Source: the human T2T-CHM13v2.0 reference genome, Homo sapiens
Assembly (NCBI RefSeq): GCF_009914755.1
Contig: NC_060925.1
Strand: one strand, 5' to 3'
DNA: 64,000 nucleotides
Shown here: positions 1 through 14,472 of the stretch, one piece after another
Position numbering within the stretch: position 1 is the stretch's first letter
How the letters are laid out: each line of letters opens with the position of its first letter
Translations under genes and position numbers: made by a program
Notes under the pieces: model-generated
Seen by the model: only the letters and a program-made list of their open reading frames with translations
What the model was told of the DNA's origin: nothing
Databases searched by the model: none

Positions 1-349
1 AGATCACCCCCCAGAAAATCGTATTCTCCTTATAGCTTGGAGACTCCCTCTTTCCCACAGTCCTTGGAGAGAAGCCAGGGGCTAAGAGCCCCGCTCTGGA
101 GCTTTCGGGAAGCCTCCTTGGAGGCTGCCTTGCCAGGGAGCTCTGCCTTCTGCTTTCTCTCAGGCCCTGGGGGAACGCGACTCCATTTCAGGGCTGAGGA
201 GATGAAGAAGAGGAGGCTCGTGGAGGCTGACCTTCTGCGGACCTGAGCCTATGCCAGTATAAACTACCTGGATCAAAGGAGCAGCATCCTTTGCTATCGG
301 ATGTCATTGGTTCACAGGAGAAAAGTGAGAGATTAAGAAGTTATCAAGT

Positions 350-680
<331 letters not shown>

Positions 681-1568
681 AGTTATCAGGCACTGTTGAC
701 TTCCTTTCTGAAGTCACGGAGCAGTTGCTGCCCCATAACAACCCCAAACATGATGAATATTTTGGGAGAAGGGGTAATTTTTAAATAAAGAAAAATGCTG
801 CTTCTCTGCAAGAAAATTTGGCCACTAACTTCATTTGACAGGTGTGATAGACTGTGGTGGTTTTGGGGGGATACATGGTGTAAAGTAAAGCAAGAGAAGT
901 AATAAGCATCTTGGCATTTATTCTTTATGTAGGAATATTTGTTCCTCAAAGTCAGACTACGTGGAATATTAGCATTTGAATAAATTATTCAACACCTTCT
1001 AGAGAAAGCAAGGGAAAAAATCTTTTCAGCATTATAACATGGCAATCTACAAGGTAGTAGAAAAAGAAGGCTGTCATTTTTTCTTCAATTACAAAAGGCA
1101 AATATTTATTATTTATAAGTATTCGCCTTGTATAGGCTTAAATGTTATTTATGAACCTGTTGCACAGTGATTTTCAATGTAACTCATTATTTTTAGCCTT
1201 AGGGTGTTGTAAAGGAGCACGGATATATTTAATGACACTCTGCTAGTCAGCGCAATTACACTGTAATCATTATGTAAAATGTGCTATTAATTAAACCAAT
1301 TTCTAGTTAGAACATTCGCTTCTGCAGGGCTTAATCTTAATCTCCAGCAATCTTTCTCTCTGTTTTTCACCTATTAATTATATGATTACTCTTTAAGTTA
1401 GATGTGATATGTTTTTATTTTTAAGCTTAATACCATCAAATAGGAATATTTGGCAAATGAGTCTGGTGTTTATGGATCAAATGTTTCTATTTGTTGAACT
1501 AGAGAAAGGTTTAGTTTAAGGGTTATTTTTTGTGGAGTTGTATTTTTTAAAAGAAATCAAACCCTTAA

Positions 1569-1865
<297 letters not shown>

Positions 1866-3349
1866 TCAAAGTCTTGTATGTTCTCTTTTCTGCCTAAGTA
1901 GCAGTATTCACAAAAATCCTTAGTTTTGTGACTTACAAAAAACCCAGTTTCACTTGAGTCATTGCTGTATTGAGCTTACATGCTTTGAAATAACCCTTTC
2001 TTACTGAAAGGTGGTAAGATGTGGTACTATTTGACTTCAGCATTACATGATATGTCACCATTTTGTAAAAAAAAAAAAAAAAACCCTTATTTTGTTAAAG
2101 TAGGTTAAATAGTTGACATTTCTGGTGGCGGGAGGAGGTAAATAGCCTGTCTCTTAAGGCCTTTCCACCTCTTCTCTTCCAAAAGCCGTGTTTTACTTCT
2201 ACTGCTGTGTTTCCAATAACGGGGAGGGGGAAACAGGCTTCCTAATCTTTACTAATGATTCTTGTTGATGAAGGTTATAGCAGCATTTCTTCCTCTTTTT
2301 TTTTTTTTTTTAATTCATTCTTCTCTCTCTTTCTAGAATGACCCCTTGTAGAAGGGAACTAAGAAAGAAAGGAAGGGAACAAGCTTACTATACAGAGGCA
2401 AGACAAGCAGGAAATGGATAACGTTTCACTGTCTCCTTCCTTTGTACACCATCCATCTCCTGAGAGGTGGAGAGAGTGTTTTAAAAATCCTGAACAACTG
2501 AATAGAAGTCAGGGCCTACCTTGAACCAGTCAGAAAATGCATTCCAGAGGAGATGCTTTTGAATCACACGTACAAGTCCCAGAAAACTTCTCTACAACCT
2601 TTACCTTTGTCCTTTAGGTGGAACAAAGTACTATATAAAACTGTGTGGGGATTATTTTGATGAGAGTTGAAAAATGAAGGCTCTTATCCGTTATTTAAAT
2701 TCCTGTGTGCACCGCCCCCTTCACAAAGTGTGGAAGTAGGTCTTCTACATCAAGATGCCTGGAGTTTGGTTCAGTGAAAACCTTTCGGAGGGCCTGGGGA
2801 TCTTGATTGTCCCTCAGTGCCCTGATGAAATGTTTTTATTTATCCTGCTTGCTGCCTGGAGTTGACACTGGTAATATCAATCATTCCCTGCCAGCGTATT
2901 AACATGGCTGCACCTGCTTAAACCATCCACATGTTGTAACTCACAAGAAGTTGGGAATCAAATGCAGTATTATTTATGTACTCCCTTAACTTGTCCCATA
3001 CTACAAAAATTTCCACTCTGACACCATCTGCTAGGGAAAGGGATTTATCTATCGATGTGAAACACCCACTGAACCGGTATCACATCCAGCAAACGGTTAT
3101 CACCTTATGAAGAATCCATCGAAGCCCTGTGGCCTTGTTTCCAAATGATTAATTTCCCTTCGTTGCTGGTTTTAGTTACAACATAGACTCACTGTGAAAG
3201 TTATGTCGTGTCAATGTCAGAAGTTCTCTGGCTAAAGAGGAAAGGACGATGGAGCCAAGTTCAAAAGCCTTAAAAGAAAAGGCTGACAAATTGATTAAGA
3301 ACTTTGTATTATAAAAAATACTACAATTAATGATAATGGGGGGAGTATT

Positions 3350-3950
3350 TTCATCATATATGACAAAACGCTAGTGGTTCAATATACAAAGAGCCTTCAC
3401 AAATCAAGAAGAAGGCTAACCCAATAGAAAGAAGAAGGAGAGAAAGAAAAGCATGAACAGCACAGGAAAAAAATTCTACATGGTCCTGAACATATGGAAA
3501 AGATACTCAATCTCACACCTGTTTTATAAAATGCAGATCAAAACAAGGACATACCTTACTTATCAAAGAGATACAATTTTTAAAGTTTAATAATACTGGA
3601 ATTAGAGATAGAGAGAGCACAGGGAAACAGGCACTCCCATGCCAAGTGTATGTATGTGATTTGGTGTGATCACTTCAGCTGGAAATTTAACAATAACTCT
3701 TAAGATGTAAAGTGTGTACATCTTGGACCTAGTTCCATGCCAGAATGAATATATTTCAGCAAGAAAGTAGCACTACAAGTGTAAAGGCATTTATTGCAGT
3801 CTAATTTTTACTTGCTAAAAACTATAAATACTTAAATGTCCATGACAAGGGGCTGGTTAAATAAATCATGTTAGAGCCATTCAATGGAATACTATGTAGC
3901 TATTAAAAAGAATAAGGTAGATAGATATATATGTAGAAACTTAAAATAAT
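3350..3950 (+). mobile_element. Ancient L1 (L1M-type) ORF2-end/3' fragment
   Basis: Degenerate L1 motifs CATATGGAAAAGATACTCAATCTCAC, GGGAAACAGGCACTC, AATGGAATACTATGTAGCTATTAAAAAGAAT. Confidence 0.75.
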
Positions 3951-4100
3951 TTCTATGATGTGTGATCTTAAGCAAATTACTTAATCTGTGTCTCAGTTAC
4001 TTCATATGTAAAATAACAAACTTTAATAGTAAATAATAATAGAATGATAAATAATAAATATCAAAATTTATAATAATAGTACCTACTTTAAAAGACTACT

Positions 4101-4767
<667 letters not shown>

Positions 4768-5149
4768 TAAAGGACTATTATGAGGGAAAAAAATAAGTTA
4801 ATATATGTATATAAAATGCTCAGACTAGCTGGCACATAGTAGATGCTATGTGTTAGTTTTAAGTATTATTATTGTTGTTTCATATTTCTATGTAAAAAAG
4901 GAAATTTCAAGAAGGTATGTAGAGTGTGTAAAAGCAAATGCATAGACATCTCTGAAAGGATATACAGGAAACTACAGATAGCAATTAATCTATGGAGTCA
5001 GACTTCTACTGTTCACTTTATACCCTTCTGTGTAAGCTTGCATTGGTTTTATAATTTTTAAAAATGCAAGAACAAAACAAAAAACAAACACTGTGTGAAT
5101 TAGGGATTTAAAAAAGGCAAAGAAAGATGTTCTTCTGGAAGATATTTTT

Positions 5150-5390
5150 CATCATTCATTCAAAGAACATGCATTGTGTATCTCCTGTATTTTAGGCACT
5201 AGTTGTAAAAGATGAATAAGATATGGTGATAATGATTCCTCACAAGTGCACTGTCTAATGGGGGAGAGAGACACATAAGAAAAATACTCAAATTGCTGAG
5301 GGAGCCCAGGGAGGGAAGTAATAAATTCTGGTGGTAATATCTGGCTGGGTTTTGAAGGATTAATAAGGAGTTTTCCTGGTGGGCATACAG
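5150..5390 (-). mobile_element. L2 3' fragment
   Basis: ATCATTCATTCAAAGAAC (reverse complement of the L2 tail) followed by typical antisense L2 sequence. Confidence 0.7.
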
Positions 5391-5399
5391 AGTTGAGAA

Positions 5400-5620
5400 G
5401 GCAAAACTAATGTATGGTGAGAGAAATCAGAACTGTGGTTGTTTCTAGGGTAGAAGGGGGATTGATTGGGGAAGGGGCAGAAGGGAACTTTCTGGGGTGA
5501 TGGAAATCTTCAAAGGAATGTGGGTTATATAGGTATATGCAGTTGTTAGAACTGACCACACTGTGCAATGAAGAGATGTGCATTTCACTATATGCAGGGA
5601 TACCTTCATTAAAAAGAAAA
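5400..5620 (+). mobile_element. Old L1 (L1M) 3' UTR end
   Basis: GCAAAACTAATGTATGGTG...GGGAACTTTCTGGGGTGATGGAAAT...GTGCATTTCACT then A-rich tail. Confidence 0.75.
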
Positions 5621-6334
5621 ATAAGAAATAAAGGATGAATATATGAATGAATAAGACCAGAAAGGGAAATAGCAGTGTTGTTGTGTATCCATAACAGACA
5701 AGAGGAATATCCCAGACAAGAGAAGACAGAAGCCTGAATTGAGGTACAGATGAGGTAGGAATGGCCATCATTGTAGGTGCATGGTGCCAGCCCTGGCTAC
5801 CTGATAGTGTGTGGTAATCCAACCCAACTGAGGGCTTCCAACACCCTGATAGGAAGGCAGTCTACTTCATAACTTCAAGGAGGCTCCATTGCAAAAGCAG
5901 GGAGCCTTCTGGTACAGGGAGAGGGAACTTGCTCAGATTCAAGCCCCTGAAGACTTGGAGCCACCCATTCCAAGCGGTCCATCTCTGCCTGCACCTATAG
6001 GAGAGGCTCCATCACTAGGTCTTGCTGACCTTGGCATGATGGCTAATGTAATCTTCACACGAGGACGGCTTGTCCTTGAAAAATTTCTCCAATACATTAA
6101 GCACAAGCATTCTTGGCTCATCTGTCAGGCATGGGCACACATCTTTTTGTGGCCTCTCTTATTTCATGTGCAAGCTTCTGTTACAGACCACAGCGGCAAC
6201 AAACTCCCCTCTTTCATTTCTGAGCCAGCCTGTGCTGAGATTCCTCTCTGGGACTCAGTGGAGTCTAAGTATTGTCTTCCTGTATCATCTCTTTTAGTCC
6301 CTAGAGGGTTTGCTTGCTTGTTTGTTTGGTTTTG

Positions 6335-6670
6335 TGTTTTTAGAGCAATTTTGGGTTTAGAGAAAAATTGCACAAGAAGTACAGCATTCACATAATCTGC
6401 TCCCACAGTTTCTTTTATTATTAACTTCTTCCATTAGTGTAGTACATTTGTTACAATTGGTGAACGAGTACTGATACATTATTATTAACTAAAGTCCATA
6501 GCTTACATTAGAGGTCACTCTCTGTATTGTACAGTTCTATTGGTTTTGACAAAGGTACAATGTCCTGTGTCTACCATTACATCCCTCCTATTTATCCCTT
6601 CCCTCAACCACCCCTGCCACCTCTGTGGCAGCCACTGATATTTTTAATGTTCTTGTGGTTTTTGCCCTAG
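6335..6670 (-). mobile_element. L1MC/MD-type 3' end
   Basis: TTTTAGAGCAATTTTGGGTTTAG...GTACATTTGTTACAATTGGTGAAC...AAAGTCCATAGCTTACATTAG. Confidence 0.8.
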
Positions 6671-7012
6671 AAGGTTTCAAGTTATTTGAAAAATTTGACA
6701 ATATTTGAAATCATCTGCAGAGATTATTACAATATATAAGTTTTTAAATACATCTGTTTTTGATTTTTTAGATTGTATTCTCAAACATTACAAAGAAAAG
6801 GGGAGTATTTGTATTATCCAGTTAATTCCACGTATAAATAGACATGTATTTATTTATTCATTCACTTATTCGTTCAACAAATCAACAGATATTTGTTATA
6901 CCTTTTCCTGTGCCAGGCGTTGCACCGTACCAAAGTCTAATGAGATAATTCACTCTGGAGGCAATAGCATGCAATGGAATAAGTAAGTACCTAATATTAA
7001 GAAGAATGATCC

Positions 7013-7245
7013 CTGACATTCATTGTGCACTTACTATGTGCTACATAGCCCTAATAACTTTTAGTTGCATTATCACATGTAATGCTACACCAAAAAATCT
7101 TTAGGAGAGAGACATTATGATTATTCCCATTTCAGACTCAAGGCAACTAATCAACTTGTCAAAAGGCTCACAACTAATAAATGGTGGAGCCAAAACTTGA
7201 CCTCATGCTCCTTCCAACTTCAAGGCTCACACTCCTAACCACTGT
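7013..7245 (-). mobile_element. MIR
   Basis: CATTGTGCACTTACTATGTG...TTATTCCCATTT...CTCCTAACCACTG antisense MIR. Confidence 0.8.
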
Positions 7246-8522
7246 TACATACTACTTGAGAATGTGTCACTCCTGGGTTCGAGCCTCTTTACTGGCTGTC
7301 TGACCATAGGCAAACAATTTACTTTCTCAGAGCTTCAGCCTGGTCCCCCATTTAGTTGGAGTGCCTTTTTTTCTCATTTCTATTTAGAAAACTCATACCT
7401 TCTCTCAAAGTCTAGTGCACCTGCTACCTCCTGGAGAAGCTGGCCTACCTGGACTCCTCATCTCCACTTGTCCCTTCTTTTCCCCCAGCTCCACTCCCCA
7501 CCCTGACAGCAGTGACTGCCTTCTTTCCTCCCATCCCCTCCCCACCCCTGGGCTTATTTGCCCTAAGTACAGTCCATGGCCCAGCCTGTACCACTTTGTG
7601 TTCTGGATGTTCATGTATCTTTCACTTTACACTAGCATTTCTCATACAATTTCTCCATATTCATGCATCCTCTATATGTTATTTTCTTTCATCGGTTTCT
7701 CTGATTCAGCTCATTTTTTTGTTTGCATAGCCCTAAAGAATACTATTCCAGCAATAATGAGCATGAATAATTAGTTATATGTTTTTTTCTAATACATATT
7801 AAAAGAAATACTTAGCTACTTAAATAAAAAAAAATTGATGGCTATGCTGTCTCTAACCATCTCACCACCACCAGAGATACACACACAACACTTAGGGAAA
7901 ACTGATTTTAGTCTAGCACCTTCCTGAAGGCTGAGACTTCAGATCCCCAGAACCCAGCACAGCTGTTGGCACACATCACATGCTCAATAAATGTTCAAAT
8001 AAATGAAGCAGAGAGTGAGTAAATGAGTGGGATTTCGGAGACAGTATCTAGACTTCCATCAAAGCTTTTCTGATGCTTATGGAATTGGTGGCCATGGAAC
8101 TAGAGCTTAATAGGAAATTGTGGGTTTTAATGACACAGTTAGTGCAAGACTGGGGTGTAGTGGTCACTGGGTGAGAGCCTGCCCTCAAGGGAGAAATAGG
8201 CAGCTATCCACAAAGAGTGTGCAGACAGGACAGCCTCTCTGAGTAGAATCCATGGAGGCCACTGGCAGGTGCCCACATGGCATGAGTTTGAGGGGCCCTG
8301 GAAGGCCATCTGTCTCCACTGATGAGGGGTCCATTCCTTAATGAGATGCATTGCCTTCTACCTTTTAAACTGCGGATGTCTCTAATTCCTTTAAAATAAA
8401 CTTGTCTTTGATTGTCCCAAGGTAAAGCCCCTTTGTGGATGTTTTGAGGAAATCTTACTAAACACAGACTCACTCACTTCTCAATTTTGTTTAGGGCTGG
8501 CAAACAGGGCAAAAGGAAGAGA

Positions 8523-8725
8523 ACATTTATGGAGTACCAGAAACTGTGCCAGACATTGTGGCCATTTTTTATGCCTTATTTCATTTAATCCTTATAGCAG
8601 CCCAACTTCATTAGAGGTGAGGAGGCCCAGGCTTGAGAAGCTTAAATGACTTGTCTGAGGTCATTCCAGTCCCAAGTTGGTAGAGCTAGGATTTGAACAT
8701 AAGGCTTATGTTCTTTCTGCTATAC
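8523..8725 (-). mobile_element. MIR
   Basis: TGTGCCAGACATTG...TTTAATCCT...AAATGACTTGTCTGAGGTCA...GGATTTGAAC. Confidence 0.75.
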
Positions 8726-9039
8726 ATCACACCAGTTCTTTTTTAGCCTATGTAAGTAAACAACTTCCATGTCTACAATGGCAGAAAGCCCTGAACTTCA
8801 GTGAGTCCCGCATGCCCCCCATTTATAGAGAGATTGGATAAAGAAAGTAAAGTACTTAACTCATTGCCTGGTACACAGAATGTGCTCAATATATGGTTCG
8901 ATTATTAATAATATCAGCTGTGTCATCAGTGGCATGGGAATACAAACTGAGGTAATTATAGGGAAATCTTGGGCTCAGAGTAAATGTCATTAAGTAATAA
9001 GTATCATTTTCTTAGCCTTCAGTTAAGTAGCCCATTTAA

Positions 9040-9360
9040 AGGGCATTGGCTGTTACTCTCAATGAAATGGGTGCTGCCGAAGGGGTTGAGCAGAGCAGTA
9101 GATTGATTTATGTTATGAAAGAATCACTTTTGGCTTTTGTGTTGACAGTAGGAGGAAGGGTAGGCTCAGAAAGACCTAGTAGGTGCTATTTATTACAAGA
9201 TAGGCAAGAGCGGATGGGGGCTCACAACAGCATGGTAGCAGTGCAGGAGGTGAGAAGTGGTCAGCTTCTGGTTAGACTCTGAAGGTAAAGCCAAGTGGAT
9301 TTCCTGATGCTCTGAATGTGGATGTCGGGAAAGAGAGATGCGAAGAATGGCTCCCAGGTT
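9040..9360 (-). mobile_element. L2 internal fragment
   Basis: Purine-rich antisense L2 (GGAGGTGAGAAGTGGTCAG...GAAGGTAAAGCC...GATTTCCTGATG). Confidence 0.65.
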
Positions 9361-12300
9361 CATGGCATGAAAATCAATTTGCTATCAGCCAACTCCCTTC
9401 CTTCAATAAATACGTATCGAGGGAGAAATCTAGTCATTCTTTCCTTAGGAGCCAGAGATCCGAGGAGGCACCTGGTAGAGTCACTGCCTGGAAAGAAGTG
9501 CCACTGTGGCCTTACCCAAAAGAGACGCCTTGGCCTGACGAGCAGAAACCCTGAAGAATGGTAAGCCGGGGAGGAAAATCAAGACAGCTCCAAACCAACA
9601 TTGTCCTGGAGCCCCGGCCACACTCTGCCTTTCCTCCCGGATTTATCAGTCCTGCCCTGGGGCAAGCTCCTGCCCTTACCCCCAGTGTGTAGAGAATACC
9701 TGGGCCTGATCCTTATGAATATACATTTAGGAAATATTTTCTCTGTAACAATCTCACTTGGAGTGTTTTGCAGGTCCAGGCACTTGGGAAGCAATGCCTG
9801 TTTCCCGAGGGTGGCAGGCGTTTTCTTTCCTAACTTTATTTCCAGCCTGCTTCTTTCCAGATGAATCTGGTGAACATATTCAGGCTCACACAGAGGAGGA
9901 AGCTTTCTGAGGAAAGGGCAGGCAGCCGGCAAACTCCAGCTGGTGAACTGTTTGCGGTAACTCTATTTTTAATATACACTGCTGACCCTAATGATGGTCT
10001 ATTGAGATGAGGGCAAGAAATGTCTGATCAAGTGGAGATTAATTTTTGACTCTGTCGCCCAGAATGCATGAAAATGCACTCCTTTTTCTATTTAGACTCC
10101 CAGGATGCTTTGATTGATTGACTAGTTTACAAATGAAGGTGATAAAATTAGGTTGAAGACCACATACATTTCTTAAAATGAGGCTGGCTGGTCGTGGAGA
10201 CAATGAGGTTTGGACAGATTGTATTGCTGGTTTAGGCAATCTTCTGAGCATGTCAAGATTTATAGACCTGTACTGTAATGTTACAATTGCAGCTCACTGA
10301 TACAGGTTTCTTTTCAAATTCTTTCCCATTTTATTTGAAAAAGGCCATTAGAGAGTTATAGACTATTGAAAAAGCTTTTTCTTTGCTAACCCTTAATAAA
10401 CTCTTCCAAACAAGGACTACTGCATTTTTATATTAAATTTAGACCAAAATCTATAAAACATGCTATCCCAGGTTGGATAATTTGATTATTATTATCTAAA
10501 TGGAGTTATGGTTCATATTGGTTTGCAGTAATGTACATAGTAAATAAAATGTAAGTTGAGATTTGTATAAGATCACAGGACACTGAGTTTTCTTGTTGTA
10601 TTTTCCTGTAAGCCCTTCTTTGGGGGAATTTCAACCGATTTTCCCTGAGATGAGAAATTAAAAAGAAAAAAAAAAAAGAGGTTCTAGTGGTGAAATTAAT
10701 GCTGCATAGTACTAAAAACAAATTGCTATTAATATTTACTTGTTTTCATCATCATAGAAGAAAGCTACAATGTCTTAGGAGTTACCCAACTAATAAGATT
10801 TACCAAGGGGACCAAAAAGCATGAGAAAATACTCAGCAGAATTAGAAACAATTATTCCATTGTAAGTTATGATGTGAGAAATAATAGATGAGACTCTGAA
10901 GTTATTTATGAATTAGTCAATTCTGTTTCATACATTTTTGCCATCGAAATAACTTATGAAATCATTTTCCAGGCCCATAGCATTTTATGAGAGTTCTGTA
11001 CTTTCTTAAAGATTTTCTTCTAGGGCTTTCTGCAACTACTCTGAATTCTTCGGCGATGCTCAGATTTTTGACCTGTTTTCCAACTCTGAGGTCAAACTAC
11101 TGGCAGTGCCAGAACCTTCCCTGAAGTCAGCGGGCTGGAGTTGCGTAGTATACAGAGAGGTTCTAAGGATTTTATGAGTTTAGCAAGAGGGACCCAAAGA
11201 GGGTGGAAAGTGTCAAATACAGTGATGTGGATGAAGGGCTCAGCTAGGGCCTGGCACTCAGTTGGTGCTCAGAAGGTTATGACAATTATTGCCATTACTA
11301 ATACTATTTTCACCATGCCTCTTCTTTTTAGGGGGCAAGATTAGCACAGCGTGAGTCCAAAAATCTAGACTGTTGCTAACACATTGTATGACCTTGAGTA
11401 ACTCCCTTACTATCTCTGTTTCTCTGTCCTTAGGATGCTCAGCTACTTCCAGGGGCCTTTTTCTCAGGAGTCAAATGAACTAACAGACACAAAAGCTCTT
11501 TGAGAAGTACAGAGTGCCATAGGAACATCAGTAGTCCTTTTAAAATCATTTCCAGGTACCTGCTCTCTGGCCCTTTTAAAAGTGGAAAGTGGACCAGTGA
11601 ACACTCAGTAAGCGTGAGGGGGACCTTCTCTCACCGCCAAGGGCAGTTTACAAGGGGCTAGCCAGTGTGAGCGAAAGGATTTAAGGGGGCTTAGAGTCAA
11701 GCGATTTGAGAACCCAGCAGAGAACCAGACTGCTGCCCCTGATTTAGTTTAGCAGTGGATGAACTTTGAAATGCAGAACATCATTTCTGCAGAAGGTCGT
11801 CATATTTCTTGGTGATTTACACGGAGAAGTCTGGGACTATGCGACTGTGCTGGGTTCGTTTTAGACCCTCCAGTGCCAAGAGAAAATATGCTGATGGAAG
11901 GGATAGTGCCTGGGTGGCTGGCAGAGACTCCGAGTGCTAGAAGAAATGGCAGATATGGGCTGAGTCACTTTCAGTGAAGGTGCTGATGGCATCTTCAGGT
12001 CTTCTCAGTCTCTTTCTGGAAGACTTTGCAGTGTGGGATTTTGGATAGAAGGGTGCCTCAACGGACTTTTACCTTTCTTAAGCACCTGGCAGAAATATTA
12101 GTTTAGGCTGCAGCTGGGAGACAGTGGAGCTTCCACAGAGGTGGCTGCCATAGGAAGAAGTCCTGTCCGTCATCCCTTGCTGTGGAGGTCCCACATGCAG
12201 CCTGCCTGTTCTCAGGAAATGGTCTGCAGCCTAACCTCCGGACAAAAGATTAAAAAGCTGCCTCTGGTTGCCACTTCTCAAATATATTCACATATTAATA

Positions 12301-12383
12301 TTTTAAGGGTTCAAAGACAGTGCCAATCTTCTCAATGACATTCTATAATTTAATTAAATATCTCATTTATGTGTAAGAAAATA

Positions 12384-12762
12384 CTTTTTTTGATTTCTTT
12401 TTCTTTCCTTTTCTTTTCTTTCTTTCTTTCTTTTCTTTTCTTTTCTTTTTTTTTTTGAGATAGAGTCTCACTCTGTTGCCCAGGCTGGAGTTCAGTAGTA
12501 TGATCATGGCACACTGCAGCCTTAAACCTCCCAGGCTTAAGCTATCCTTCTGCCTCAGCCTCCTGAGCAGCTGGGACTACAGGCATGCATTACCATGCCT
12601 GGCTAATTTTTTTCTTTTCTTTTCTTCTTCTTTTTTATTTTTTGTAGAGATAGGGTCTTGCTATGTTGCCTAGGCTGGTCTCGAACTCCTGGGCTCAAGT
12701 GGTCCTCCTGCCTCGGCCTCTCAAAGTGCTGGGATTATAGACATGAACCACTGGGTTCAGCC
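12384..12762 (-). mobile_element. AluJ with (TTTC)n-expanded tail
   Basis: Antisense Alu with J-type TAGGGTCTTGCTATGTTGCCTAGG, CTCCTGGGCTCAAG. Confidence 0.94.
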
Positions 12763-14089
12763 CTTTTTTTCTTTTGAACCCATGGGTCTTAATGAAACTA
12801 TTTTCATTTTAAATGAAAAGAAAGACAAAGGCCGTAAACATTTTTACTTGTCATGGACTGACTCTCATGGAAAGAAGGCTGCCGTCACTGCAGCGTAGAC
12901 AATGTAGAATCCCACCTGGCAAAGGCTGGGCAACTCAGGGAAATCATGCTGAATGGGAGAGGACTAAGTCCAGGCCTCCAGTGGCTGCAAACTTGGTGGG
13001 CTGAGGGCTCTGGAAATGTGGGTGGGAGAGAGGCAGGGGGTCATCAACCCTCTGGGGGTCCTCCCACCAATTGTCCTAGCAGGTGGAACACATCCAATGT
13101 GGTGTCTGCCACATCCCCATGTTGAAGGAAAGTAGCTGTTTCCTTCTTACTCCATCACCCTTCCAACCCTCCTGTTGGATACAGTGACGCCATCAATTGC
13201 AGTGATAAGAGACGGTACCTTCCACTCTGGCATGATGTCATTAGCCTATTGGTAATCTTTCTAAATGTTTGCCAGAAAGATATGAAATCTTAGCAACAGA
13301 GGTATTTAAAGGTTTGGATAAGTTTGAAACACAGCGATTTTTCAATTTTATAAGCTAACCAATCCAGGGCCTGTTAGTCTACAAGTGTCTGCCATCTTTC
13401 TCAGGGTGTCAGAGAAAATCGAGTGACGGATCACTTTTCGGTGTCACTGCTCGAGACTGGTGACAGTCAGTGAAATGATTGTGTCTGCCTCTACACATAT
13501 CTGTAATTGATTGCCTAAACCCTACGACTCTCTTTCCCAGTTGATATGATGGAACATTGGAGTGAAATCACTCTCGATGAGGAGGAGCCAGGTCCATTTG
13601 TTATTTACTTCCCTGCCTGCTTCTTTCTCCCCATCCGGTGCCAATTGTCCCACAAGAGCACATTACGGTAATCAGCCAGAATGTATGTATAGGAATCAAT
13701 CAAGGTGAGAGCCGTCGCAAGAGTTATGACATTACAAAGTCTGTTTGTAACTTTTGATTTATGGAAGATTTTCCATTTTATAAATTGGGAGTGAGGCATG
13801 TTGGGATGGCTTAACCCTTAAATTCACCTACAAGGAAAATGCATCAGGCATTAAAGCTAATAGACAATAGGGCATTTTAATTATCTAGTGCCTGTGAATA
13901 ACTGGAGTTCTTGCATGTTTGGCTTGTGACTTTAGAAATACTCTCCCACTCTCTGAACACATTCCCTGTTCTTGCAAAATTGGGTCATTTTCTGGAGAGT
14001 AAAGACATGACAAATTGCCACTTAGGACTGATCCCCACACATAATGCTTTCTTCTGCCAAGAGCCTGAGAGTCAACCATGCCACAGTAG

Positions 14090-14472
<383 letters not shown>

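Noticed and set aside
140-330. Possible exon 164-324 (CTCTCAG| ... AAA|GTGAGA)
   Set aside because: Weak donor, no recognisable protein, window edge prevents context
2290-2340. Strong-looking splice acceptor (T-tract...TTCTAG at 2336)
   Set aside because: No convincing downstream donor or ORF; poly-T tracts mimic acceptors
5889-6395. 168-aa ORF
   Set aside because: TTG start, runs into an L1 fragment, no family resemblance
13420-13453. Possible RNA hairpin AGTGAC...GTCACT as a miRNA/ncRNA
   Set aside because: Stem too short and imperfect for a pre-miRNA
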